Assembly (NCBI GenBank): GCA_963816485.1
Contig: CAWFKU010000004.1
Location: forward strand, 642,454 to 706,453
Source of the DNA: an uncultured Actinomycetota bacterium
GTDB lineage: Bacteria > Actinomycetota > Actinomycetes > Streptosporangiales > Streptosporangiaceae
DNA length: 64,000 nucleotides
Reading direction: 5' to 3'
The notes below the pieces were generated by a model. That model searched no databases and was not told the DNA's origin. It saw only the letters and a list, made by a program, of their open reading frames with translations. Below are positions 48,945-56,888 of the stretch, piece by piece (position 1 is the first letter of the stretch; each line of letters opens with the position of its first letter). The position numbers and the translations under genes are program-made.

Positions 48945-49376
48945 CCGCTGGCCTAGGCCAGTAGCGGGTCGGCCATCATAGACAGCCATTCTCGGCGGCG
49001 CGGTTGGAGGTGACCACGGTCGAGGACCAGGACGGAACACTTTCTGCGGCTTCCTGGAACTGGCTCGCGACAACCTCGTGCAGCTGCGCACCGGGCACGC
49101 GTGCACGCTCGACGACATCGCCCGCGACCGCGCCGGCCGCGGTGAGGCGCTGACAGATGAGGTGCAGGTCATGCGCGAGATGGTCATTCGCCTGTACCCG
49201 CGCTGGGCACGTCTCATCACTGGTACCAGCCCATTGGCCATCACCGCATACGGCGCGGCCCGCGTCGCCCGGCGGTGTGGTCGCCGGGTGAGCACCTGGT
49301 GATCGACTGGGCGCACAGGGCGGGCGGGCTGGTGTTCTGCGCCCGCGGGTGCGGCAGCAGAAGCGAAGGCAATACG

Positions 49377-49475
49377 AAGGTCTTGACGGTGTATGCGCAC
49401 CACCACCCGCGGTCGTTCTGCCATGGCGTACTGGAATGGTTCACCGACGGCTTGCAGCGGGCCGGTCACACCAGC
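49377..49475 (+). pseudogene. N-terminal fragment of a flavodoxin-like-fold NAD(P)H oxidoreductase, start codon apparently ACG
   Basis: KVLTVYAHHHPRSFCHGVLEWFTDGLQRAGH matches the M-KVL-VYAHPEPRSF-N..L......L..AGH opening of this family. The codon before K is ACG, 5 nt after GAAGG. Family similarity stops after about 32 aa. Confidence 0.4.
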
Positions 49476-49901
49476 GGCGCGTCACGTCCGGGCATCGCGC
49501 AAGCCGTGATCCCAGGAGGCCTGGACGCCGAATCCGGGGCAGCCAACCATGTTGAGGAATCGGTGTCTGCCGCGCTGACCACCCGCGCGACGTGGCCTCC
49601 AGCCGGGATGACGACGGCCCTGTCGCTTCATAAGACCAGACGGCCGCCCGGCATGAGGGTCATCTACGCTCGTCCTGGCCGGTCCGTGCCAGCCTGGAAG
49701 CGGCGGTGAGAATGCCGGTCGCCTGGCGCGTCACCCCCAGCCAGTACCACATCCAGCCGCTTCGCCGGCGCGACCGCGCCAGCGCACCAGCCGGCTTGAC
49801 CAGGACGCTGGTTAAGGGCGGCAATGCAACCGGCCAGGAGGTTGCCGGCGCAGCCGCGTCAGCGGCGCCGCCTTGGTCGGCGCCGGGATCCGGGCCGCGC
49901 C

Positions 49902-50174
49902 CTAGCAGCGGGCTCGCTCGTGAGGCATCGAGCTGAGGTGCTCATCGAGCGCCGCCACGCCGTTGGCTAGCGCGGAGTGCGGCCCGCGGAGCTTCTGAAG
50001 CTCGGGCGACACCTGGTCGTAATTCAGGTTCGGGTCGTCGCCGCAGACCGGGCAGATGACCTCGTACTTGCCCGTGTAGCCGACCGATGTACGGCCATCG
50101 ACCACGCGGGCCGGCTGCGCTCGCAGAAACACGCCGTCGTGGTGCCCGGCGGCCCGATGACTGACATCCCCCAT
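49902..50174 (-). CDS. Small hypothetical protein
   Basis: MGDVSHRAAGHHDGVFLRAQPARVVDGRTSVGYTGKYEVICPVCGDDPNLNYDQVSPELQKLRGPHSALANGVAALDEHL. Protein-like composition. I recognise no family. Confidence 0.45.
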   Translation of the reverse strand: MGDVSHRAAGHHDGVFLRAQPARVVDGRTSVGYTGKYEVICPVCGDDPNLNYDQVSPELQKLRGPHSALANGVAALDEHLSSMPHERARC

Positions 50175-50922
50175 GCCGCCATTCTGCAGCGCGAGCCGCC
50201 CGCAGCAGGAATGGGCCAGATGAACACTAGGAGACAATCAGGCGCAATGCCGCCGAACTCCCGGCGCTCATGCCGGACCGGTAGGTCGCCGCCTGCCTGG
50301 CGCTCGCCCGTCCCATCGGTCGCGCGTCCGACCGTTTGAGTAAGTGATCGTGGCGGGTCACGGGGCCCGGACTCCTCCGTTCGAAGTAGACCGTGGACGC
50401 TTGCGGCCGCCTGGTTTCCGCCCGAAGCGTCCAGCAGCAGAACGCGTCCGAGGGCATGGCCGCCGAGATCGTGCCCGGCCAGGCTCGGATCATCGTGACG
50501 CAACCACGAACGACAACGCAAGGGAGACGGCGCGAGAACTGGCCGTTCCGTTGCCCTCACCCGCCGCGAATTTCGTCATCGGCCAGCCAATGCACGGTCC
50601 GGGGCGCTCCGGGCTGATTAACCGTATGGGTGCCGATCCGCCGGAGCTATCACACGCCGTCACCAGCGCTTCCGTGTGCTTGACGCGCCGGACCCGCCGT
50701 TCTGGGCGGCAACCCGGTCGCTGGCGTGGCGGCTCGTGGTGCGCCCGAACGGGTGGAGCTGTGGCGGCCAGGCGCGCAGCGGGCGCAGCTGACCGACGCG
50801 CTTTTCTGGTGACCGGATGTTATGCCGGGCTTGACGGTCGGGCTGAGGGCTCGCTGGTGGGTGCCGCGGATGGCGAGCTGGCGACAGGGGTCGCCGGAAT
50901 GCCCGGGACTGCCTAGGCTGCG

Positions 50923-51147
50923 CTAGTCGAGGAGCTTGAGGAACTCATCCGTGGTCAGGCCCGCCCGCCGCAAGATCGAGGCCAGGGTCCCACGCTTGAT
51001 CGTGCCGAGCCCGGGAACCACGGCCACCCTCCCGTCGGCATCGCCGTAGACGGCGTGGCTTCCCTTGACCCGCACCCGCTCGAAGCCCGCGGCCCGCAGG
51101 GCGCGCGCCACGTCGCGGCCCGGCAGGTCCGACAGCGCCGGGCTCAC
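50923..51147 (-). CDS. hicA: Type II toxin-antitoxin system HicA family toxin
   Basis: GTG start overlapping the hicB stop. SPALSDLPGRDVARALRAAGFERVRVKGSHAVYGDADGRVAVVPGLGTIKRGTLASILRRAGLTTDEFLKLL (YcfA/HicA pattern). Confidence 0.85.
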   Translation of the reverse strand: MSPALSDLPGRDVARALRAAGFERVRVKGSHAVYGDADGRVAVVPGLGTIKRGTLASILRRAGLTTDEFLKLLD

Positions 51148-51365
51148 GCAGCAGGCAGCGCGAACGAGGTGACCAGCGGCGTGCTGGAGACGTATCGCTC
51201 CGGGTCGTCGACTTCATCGAGGTAAAGCCCGACCGCCTCCGCGAGGCTCGCGAGCGCCTCATCGATGGTCCGGCCCTGGCTGGCGACATCGACCTCCAGG
51301 CACTGGGCCACGTACCAGTCCTCTTCCCGGTGCACTGCGGCAGTCAGGGTCCGCGACTCGGCCAT
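51144..51365 (-). CDS. hicB: Type II toxin-antitoxin system HicB family antitoxin
   Basis: LTAAVHREEDWYVAQCLEVDVASQGRTIDEALASLAEAVGLYLDE is the typical HicB N-domain. It lies immediately upstream of hicA. Confidence 0.8.
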   Translation of the reverse strand: MAESRTLTAAVHREEDWYVAQCLEVDVASQGRTIDEALASLAEAVGLYLDEVDDPERYVSSTPLVTSFALPAA

Positions 51366-51500
51366 GAGCTCAGCCTAACCCAGGCAGGCCCGAGCTCGTT
51401 TGGGCTGTCGGGCCAGCCCGGAACGCCGAGCGCCCCAGCACCCGGACCTGCACCTTGACTACTGGCGGTTACCTGGTCAGGCCAGGCCGGCTGGCGGGCG

Positions 51501-51524
51501 CGTGGAACGGGTCGTGGACCGGGC
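51501..51524 (+). repeat. Tandem 12-mers CGTGGAACGGGT CGTGGACCGGGC, 90 nt upstream of the attR core (arm-type site candidate)
   Basis: Direct reading. Same family as 29131-29154 and 51714-51749. Confidence 0.65.
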
Positions 51525-51613
51525 GGAGTGCTCAACGGGTGCATCGTGTGCATTCTGTGCGTTCGGGCGTGCTATCTGTGCAGCTAGCGCGTCTGGTGCT
51601 GGCGGGCGTGTTT

Positions 51614-51656
51614 CTCGTAATGAACAGGTCGTCGGTTCGATTCCGACAGGCGGCTC
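51614..51656 (+). repeat. attR core: orphan copy of the 3' 43 nt of tRNA-Thr(CGT)
   Basis: ctcgtaatgaacaggtcgtcggttcgattccgacaggcggctc is identical to 29031-29073. No tRNA 5' half precedes it. Confidence 0.9.
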
Positions 51657-51713
51657 TCTTTCCCGCGGTTCAGTGATGTTTATCGATTTAAATTTCGACG
51701 GCTTGTCAATCTC

Positions 51714-51749
51714 CGTGGAACGATTCGTGGAACGAGTCGTGCGGTCGGG
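51714..51749 (+). repeat. Tandem 12-mers CGTGGAACGATT CGTGGAACGAGT (plus a degenerate third unit), 58 nt downstream of the attR core
   Basis: Same spacing from the core as the 29131 repeat after attL, preceded by a comparably AT-rich spacer. Confidence 0.65.
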
Positions 51750-52070
51750 ACAGCCGGACGCAAGGGTTAGCTTGCTACGGTCAGTAATCGACGGTCGTGT
51801 GTCAGTTCCGCTTGGGCACGGCGACCCGACACGCAGCCGTCCGCCAGCTGCGTGCCATCGTCGGGCATCTCGCCCTCGCCAGCTAGATGATCCGTGCGCT
51901 GCGCCTCGTCCGTCGGCGCGCTCCAGTCCAGCGCGGCACCGTTCCGGGGGTTCAGTGTGCCGCCGGGTTAACGCGTCGTCCTGTGTGCGGGCCGGCTGAC
52001 ACTCACGGCGGGCACCGGCCAGCTGGCCTGGTCCAATGCGCACCGGCGCTCTGCTCATGCTTGCGCGGCG

Positions 52071-52446
52071 ATGGTCGCCGCTGCAAGGCTGCTCATGGGC
52101 AGGCGCCCTCCCCGGATGGCGTCACGGAGTGTTGCGACGGGCTCAACACGTACGCGCAAGTACGGCTCTGATTGCGTGGGTGCAGGCGCTGCGGGTTCTC
52201 CCGTAACGGCAGAATCCACCTCGTTCCCTTCCGGGCACGCCGCGTCGGCGTTCGCGTTCGCTTACGCGGTTGGGCGGTACGTACCGGAGCTGGCCGTGCC
52301 GGTCAGGCTGCTGGCAAGCGGGGTCGCCTACTCTCAGGTCCACACGGGCGTGCATTTATCCGGGCGACGTGGTGATCGGCTCGGTTCTCGGCGCGGGAAC
52401 TGCGGCCATGGTCGCGGCGGCGTGCGATCGGATCCTGCCGGTTTAG
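52071..52446 (+). pseudogene. PAP2-superfamily phosphatase remnant (frameshifted, N-terminally truncated)
   Basis: RLLMGRRPP (K/RxxxxxxRP-like), SFPSGHAASAFAFAY, then SQVHTGVH followed by a shift. An extra T in catTtatcc is needed to read YPGDVVIGSVLGAGTAAMV. TM helices expected upstream are missing or out of frame. Confidence 0.5.
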
Positions 52447-52590
52447 CGAGAACCGGCCTGATCCTGCCATCCGGCCGGCCCACGGCTGCCCTTCAGCCCG
52501 AGCCAGAGGCGCAGGTTCTGCGGTCTTGGCAGGCGGTGATAGCCACTAAGGCTCGTGGAGCACGCTGGCGGATGTCGACGCGTGCGGCGG

Positions 52591-52857
52591 TCAAGTCGCT
52601 TCTGCCTGGTCGAGGTAGCTGGCGCCGTAGACGTGCTCGACGGTGATCTCCAGGACGACGCGGTTCATGGCGGCCAGGTCCGCGTCGCTCATCGGTTCGA
52701 CCGGCTGGCCGCCGATGCGCGACCACACGTACGCCGTGTCGGAGCCGATGTCGACCGCTGGCACAAGATCTGGGCGGGTCTGGGCATCCCGGAGGTGCAG
52801 GTTGCTGCCTTCGGCGTCGGCGGTGAGCTGCTGATCTGCGTGCGGAATAATCGGCAA
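52591..52857 (-). CDS. Hypothetical protein
   Basis: 88-aa ORF with protein-like composition (..IGSDTAYVWSRIGGQPVEPMSDADLAAMNRVVLEITVEHVYGASYLDQ). No family recognised. Confidence 0.35.
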   Translation of the reverse strand: MPIIPHADQQLTADAEGSNLHLRDAQTRPDLVPAVDIGSDTAYVWSRIGGQPVEPMSDADLAAMNRVVLEITVEHVYGASYLDQAEAT

Positions 52858-52925
52858 GACATGTCAGGGTCGCCGTCGGCCGAGTCGGCGGCGGCCATCC
52901 CGCGCCGTTCTTGGGGGAGGCTGCG

Positions 52926-53225
52926 ATGGAGGAGAACTTCATCTGGATGACAACACGCCGGATCAAGCCGGGCACGCTGGCTGACTTCAAGCGGACCTGG
53001 CGACCTGAGCGTCATCCCGACGGCATGCTGCACGCGTACGCACACTGGTCTGACGATGAGCAGGAGATCGTCGCCGTGTCGTCGTGGGCCTCCAGGGAGG
53101 CATGTGACAGATGGCGGGCATCGTGGGAGGAAACGCGGCGCCGGGCGGCGATGGATCCTTACGTTCTGAGCGAGCACGAGGGGTTTTACCATGGCCGCGA
53201 GCTGATCGTGTCAGCGGCGCCCTGA
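52926..53225 (+). CDS. Small ferredoxin-fold (ABM-like) protein
   Basis: ATG 52926 after GGGGGAGG. MEENFIWMTTRRIKPGTLADFKRTWRPERHPDGMLHAYAHWSDDEQEIVAVSSWASREACDRW. Confidence 0.55.
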   Translation: MEENFIWMTTRRIKPGTLADFKRTWRPERHPDGMLHAYAHWSDDEQEIVAVSSWASREACDRWRASWEETRRRAAMDPYVLSEHEGFYHGRELIVSAAP

Positions 53226-53279
53226 CCAGCCGGGGCCGAACGCCAGGTCACCCCTGCGAGTCCTCCGCCCAGGAACCAG

Positions 53280-53420
53280 TTACCGGGGCAACGGCTCGAG
53301 TTCGTCGATGACGACCATGACACCGTGTCCGAGCCAGGCCAGCCCCCGACGACCGCGTCGCGTTGCTCCCGGGTCCGCGTAGATCTTTCCGGCTGAAGTG
53401 GCTATGTTCTGGGCGCTCAT
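53280..53420 (-). pseudogene. C-terminal remnant of a BON-domain paralog
   Basis: ..RRGRRGLAWLGHGVMVVIDELEP.. parallels the C-terminus of the 55683-56336 gene (RDAVEAAAWLAQGVMVVINETEVTG). The shared DNA string is gatgacgaccatgac. Confidence 0.4.
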
Positions 53421-53653
53421 CCTTCGCCGTCGTCCTCAACCTTCCTGTGGTCGTGCTGCCTTCTTTGCAGAGCGCTAGGGCTGAGGCCGCCGCTGGCAAG
53501 ACCCCCGCCGAGGCGCAGCCAAGACTGGCGTTCGGCGTCCAAGAGGTCGCCGACGCCCTCGGCGTCAGCCGCGAACTCGTCAAGCAGCTCGGCCGCCGCC
53601 TCATCAGCCGCAAAGCCCTGGACCGCTTCCTCGCCGGCACCGACCACGCGTAA
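53363..53653 (+). CDS. Possible excisionase-type (MerR-like) HTH protein, degenerate
   Basis: The C-terminal part LAFGVQEVADALGVSRELVKQLGRRLISRKALDRFLAG resembles Xis-family HTH proteins. The only upstream start is TTG and the N-terminal half is not protein-like. Confidence 0.35.
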   Translation: MLPGPRRSFRLKWLCSGRSSFAVVLNLPVVVLPSLQSARAEAAAGKTPAEAQPRLAFGVQEVADALGVSRELVKQLGRRLISRKALDRFLAGTDHA

Positions 53654-53935
53654 CGCCGCCCAGCCCGCCGAGAAGCGCGGCAAAGCCTCCGAGTACCGCC
53701 AGCCTGCGAGAGCGATCATCTCCGCCGGTGCCCTACCTGAAGCCGCCTGCTCCGTGAGCTTGGCCTACACATGGCGTTTTCAGCGGTGCTTGATCTGCGC
53801 CGCTCTACGGCCAGCTCGGCGATCTCGGCCGACGACTGGTGCGACGTTCGCCAGCGTCCGCATGGAGAAGTCGGCGGCGCGCGTGCCGGGGTCCATGGCC
53901 ACGCTGGAAGGAGTGATGCGGCGAGCCATGCCAGA

Positions 53936-54616
53936 TCAGCCGGTGACTATCAGGTCATCACGAACGTTGCTGACGCCGACGCCCCTCCATGCAGCGTCGA
54001 TGACCGCGTCATGCTCGCCCAAGGTCTCGACATGGCCGCTGATAGTGACGGTGCTGTCGCTGGCGGCGACCTGCACGTCGGTGTCACCCGGTAGCACCCC
54101 GTAGCGGTCCAGGGCGCCTTGCACCAGATCGGTCACGTCAGCAGCCTGGATGTCTTTGAGGATCTCGATGTCGTCGCTGATGCCGCGGACGCCGGTCAGC
54201 CCCGCGACGGCCTGCTCGGCCGCGTCGCGCTCGAACCGGTTAGCCACCATGCCGGTCAGCCAGACATCTCCCTCGGTGACGCTGGCCTCGACGCTGGCAG
54301 GCACGCTGACGCTCATCTTCAGGGCCTTGTTCGCATCCGTCGCCAGAAGCACATCGTCCCGGAAATCGGCAAACGGCAGGTCAACCATCAGGTGGTTATG
54401 CACCCTGGTGACCCCTTGCACCCGCCTGGCCGCCGCAGCAGCGTGCAGGTACTGCGGGTAGCTGGGCACGGTGCCGTTCAGCGCCACATTCCCGCTCATG
54501 TTCTTCACGATTATGCGCGACGCGTCGACGAGCGGGTCGTAGTCGAGTTCCTTCCGGACAGCCTCGCGGACATCCTTGCTCCTGCGAGCTGCCTCGCGTG
54601 GGCTCTTTACCGCCAC
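53936..54616 (-). CDS. BON-domain protein (three BON repeats, OsmY-like, no signal peptide)
   Basis: GTG 54616 after GGAAGGGGGA. DVREAVRKELDYDPLVDASRIIVKNMSGNVALNGTVPSY...GVTRVHNHL; ...VWLTGMVANRFERDAAEQAVAGLTGVRGISDDIEI; ...VTISGHVETLGEHDAVIDAAWRGVGVSNVRDDLIVTG. Confidence 0.8.
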   Translation of the reverse strand: MAVKSPREAARRSKDVREAVRKELDYDPLVDASRIIVKNMSGNVALNGTVPSYPQYLHAAAAARRVQGVTRVHNHLMVDLPFADFRDDVLLATDANKALKMSVSVPASVEASVTEGDVWLTGMVANRFERDAAEQAVAGLTGVRGISDDIEILKDIQAADVTDLVQGALDRYGVLPGDTDVQVAASDSTVTISGHVETLGEHDAVIDAAWRGVGVSNVRDDLIVTG

Positions 54617-54967
54617 GGCTAGGTCCCCCTTCCCGCCAGCCGGCTGGTGCTCTCTGCTTATGTCCCTTGAACCTACCCACGGCCAGCAACCGCCAGTCGT
54701 CGCAATCATCGGCTTCTGGATGCCTGGTGGCCGTGGGCGCCGGATTCCAGCAGCAGGAGAATCGGCCAGCTATTTCGTAGCGGGCCTCCAGCCACGTGGA
54801 GGTGGTCAGCCGCCAGCACTCCTCAGCATCGCCGTGGTCAGCCCGGTCACCTGAAGGGGGCCTGTGGGCCGCGCGCCAACGGCGGGCGGCTGCTGAACGC
54901 AAGCGGGCCGCTCGCCGTGGACGCACGGCCCGCTTGCACGCCCGGCGCCGACAGGAAGCAGGCGAGC

Positions 54968-55384
54968 TCAGGCCGAGTTGAGCTGCTTGGCGTCCTGGCT
55001 GGTGATCTCGACCTCGCGCGGCTTCGCCGACTCGCGCACGGGGATCGACAGAGGCAGCACGCCGGTGGTGGTGTAGTCAGCACTCATGTGCTCGGGGTCG
55101 AGCGTTTCGCCGCGGAATACCTGCCGGGTGAACACGCCGGCTGGGCGCTCGGCGACGATCAGTTCTGGTCCGTCTGGCTGACTGCCGGCGCGCTCGGCGC
55201 GGATCGTCAGGACGCTCTGCTCGACGGTCAGGTCGATCGAGTCGAGCTGGATGCCGGGGAGATCAAGGTGAATGTAGAACGCGTCGCCCTGGCGGTATGC
55301 GTCCATCGGCATCGCCGCAGGCCTTGCCATCGTGCCGAGGACCTGCTGGGTGAGCCGGTCGAACTGGGCCACGAGCTTGCGCAT
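54968..55384 (-). CDS. Hsp20/alpha-crystallin family small heat-shock protein
   Basis: ATG 55384. MRKLVAQFDRLTQQVLGTMARPAAMPMDAYRQGDAFYIHLDLPGIQLDSIDLTVEQSVLTIRAER...VFTRQV.LGETLD...ADYTTGVLPLSIPV. Confidence 0.85.
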   Translation of the reverse strand: MRKLVAQFDRLTQQVLGTMARPAAMPMDAYRQGDAFYIHLDLPGIQLDSIDLTVEQSVLTIRAERAGSQPDGPELIVAERPAGVFTRQVFRGETLDPEHMSADYTTTGVLPLSIPVRESAKPREVEITSQDAKQLNSA

Positions 55385-55459
55385 CCGCTTCAATGCGATG
55401 GCGCTGGCATCCAGCGGCGGTCCCTCGACCAGGCGCCGTAGTGCCTGGTCCGCTCGCCT

Positions 55460-55576
55460 CACGTCAAACGCTGGCGGCCGCTGCCCGAGCAGGTAGTTCT
55501 CCGCCCAGTAGTTCCAGATCAGGTTCCCTGGGCGCAGCCAGGCGAACACCTCGGCCTCCTCTCGGGTGTACCGGCC
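55460..55576 (-). pseudogene. Fragment of a poly(3-hydroxyalkanoate) synthase (PhaC) gene
   Basis: GRYTREEAEVFAWLRPGNLIWNYWAENYLLGQRPPAFDV matches the conserved F..LRPNDLIWNYWVNNYLLG..PPAFD segment of PhaC. It is isolated, with no flanking PhaC sequence in frame. Confidence 0.55.
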
Positions 55577-55682
55577 TGGTTTCTCTTCCGCCGCAGGTGC
55601 CGAAGTGCTCCCAGCGGTCGGCCGAATCGGGGGCCCGCGACAGCTCGGGCCGGTCCAGATAACACATGACGTCGGCCATCGG

Positions 55683-56336
55683 TCAGCCAGTGACCTCGGT
55701 TTCGTTGATGACGACCATGACCCCCTGAGCCAGCCAGGCAGCCGCCTCGACGGCATCACGCTGCACGCGGGTCCGCACATGTCCGACCAGCACGACCTTG
55801 CCGCCGGTGACATTCGCGGTCACGTGAGTGTCGTCGGGAAGTACCTGGTGGCGGTCGAGCGCCTGCCTGACCAGCCGGTTGACGTCGGCCGGGTCCACCT
55901 CGAAGGTGAGCTCGACTTGGTCTTCAACGTTCCGCACCCCGGGTAGCCCGATCACGGCTGATTCGGCCGCAGCGCGCTGCCGCCGGTACTTGACCATGCC
56001 AGTCAGGCGCAGGTTTCCGTTCTTAGCGATCGCCTTGACCCGTTCGAGCCCAGCAGCGCTGGCCGCAAGGGCATTGTTCGCCTCCGTGGCCAGCCTGGCG
56101 TCATCGCGCTGATTCTCCTGCGGCAGCGCGACCTCCAGGTGATTGCGCACGCTGGTGACCCCGGCGATGCGCCAGGCCGCGTGTACGGCTTCGAGGTATT
56201 GCGGGTAGCTGGGTACGGTCCCGTTAAGCGACACGTCTCCGCTGATCGTCAGGACGGTGATGCCGTCGGCGTCGATAACCGGGTCGTCGGCTAGCTCTGC
56301 TTCCACTGCCTCGCGGACCTCTTTGGTCTTGGGCAT
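55683..56336 (-). CDS. BON-domain protein (three BON repeats)
   Basis: ATG 56336 after GGAAGGGAG. MPKTKEVREAVEAELADDPVIDADGITVLTISGDVSLNGTVPSYPQYLEA...GVTSVRNHL...LRLTGMVKYRRQRAAAESAVIGLPGVRNVEDQVEL...VVLVGHVRTRVQRDAVEAAAW. Confidence 0.8.
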   Translation of the reverse strand: MPKTKEVREAVEAELADDPVIDADGITVLTISGDVSLNGTVPSYPQYLEAVHAAWRIAGVTSVRNHLEVALPQENQRDDARLATEANNALAASAAGLERVKAIAKNGNLRLTGMVKYRRQRAAAESAVIGLPGVRNVEDQVELTFEVDPADVNRLVRQALDRHQVLPDDTHVTANVTGGKVVLVGHVRTRVQRDAVEAAAWLAQGVMVVINETEVTG

Positions 56337-56430
56337 GCCTAGTCTCCCTTCCGGCTGCGACGTGGCTGCCTGCTGATTTCCTTCCCAGTTGCCTACGTCA
56401 GACATCAGGATCTATTGGAGCCGAGGTTCG

Positions 56431-56772
56431 TCAATGCAGGACTGGGACGGCGAGGTAGACGGCGGCGATGACGAAGGCGACCAGCGCAGGCGCTGCCTCT
56501 TTGATCCGGTCGCCGGCCCGCCGGTGGCTGACCAGCGCGCCGATTAGGAGCAGGACCATGCCGCTAGCGGCAGCCAGGCCCAGAACGTGCCACAACAGGC
56601 CAGCCAGGACGCCGGCCGCAGCGGCCAGTTCGGCCACGCCGATGAGCTGGTAGCTCCGCCACGAGATGCCGAAGTGCGCAGCGGCCTGCCGCATCCTCGG
56701 CAGCCCAAGGACCTTGGACAATCCGGGCACCAGGCAGACCGCGGCCAGGAGCACTGAGAGCGCGACGTACAT
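56431..56772 (-). CDS. DoxX-family membrane protein
   Basis: 113 aa with four helices. LSKVLGLPRMRQAAAHFGISWRSYQLIGVAELAAAAGVL...VSHRRAGD. Confidence 0.65.
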   Translation of the reverse strand: MYVALSVLLAAVCLVPGLSKVLGLPRMRQAAAHFGISWRSYQLIGVAELAAAAGVLAGLLWHVLGLAAASGMVLLLIGALVSHRRAGDRIKEAAPALVAFVIAAVYLAVPVLH

Positions 56773-56859
56773 GGGATCCTCCTTCGCTTAAGGCCGTTGA
56801 ACGGCAGCCGGCCGAGAGTCCCAGCGCCACGCCGCGGCCCGTCCGGCGACTTGCTGACG

Positions 56860-56888
56860 AACTTATCATGACTGTGATGGATTATCAA
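56860..56888 (-). promoter_or_regulatory. Candidate sigma70-type promoter for the doxX-BON-hsp20 transcription unit, inside a 140-bp AT-rich patch
   Basis: Minus strand reads TTGATA (56888-56883), 17 nt, TAAGTT (56865-56860), about 90 nt upstream of doxX ATG 56772. Duplicated TGACGAAC and GATGGGAG words occur nearby. Confidence 0.3.

Larger units (their letters stand above)
29074..51613. mobile_element. Degraded ~22.5-kb integrated genomic island (element A) in tRNA-Thr, no intact integrase recognised
   Basis: Bounded by a 43-bp perfect direct repeat of the tRNA 3' end. Tandem 12-mer arm-like repeats lie next to both ends. Contents are accessory genes, a hicAB module and many disrupted genes. 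Confidence 0.7.

Noticed and set aside
48945-49376. ORFs 49078..49302 (+) and 48798..49469 (-). Considered an HxlR/MarR-type regulator divergent from the NAD(P)H oxidoreductase fragment
   Set aside because: I could not obtain a continuous HTH-like translation in any single frame. There were only scattered resemblances (LCAQSI..GD). It is probably further decayed DNA and is left unannotated.
50240-50922. ORFs 50344..50916 (+), 50024..50560 (-) and 50227..50493 (-) between the small hypothetical gene and hicA
   Set aside because: All are Arg-rich or low-complexity, with no motifs. There is no support for coding, so this is likely decayed island DNA.
29131-51749. CRISPR array check on the 12-mer, 18-mer and 24-mer repeats
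   Set aside because: The repeats are directly tandem, without unique spacers, and far shorter than CRISPR repeats. No cas genes are present in the window.
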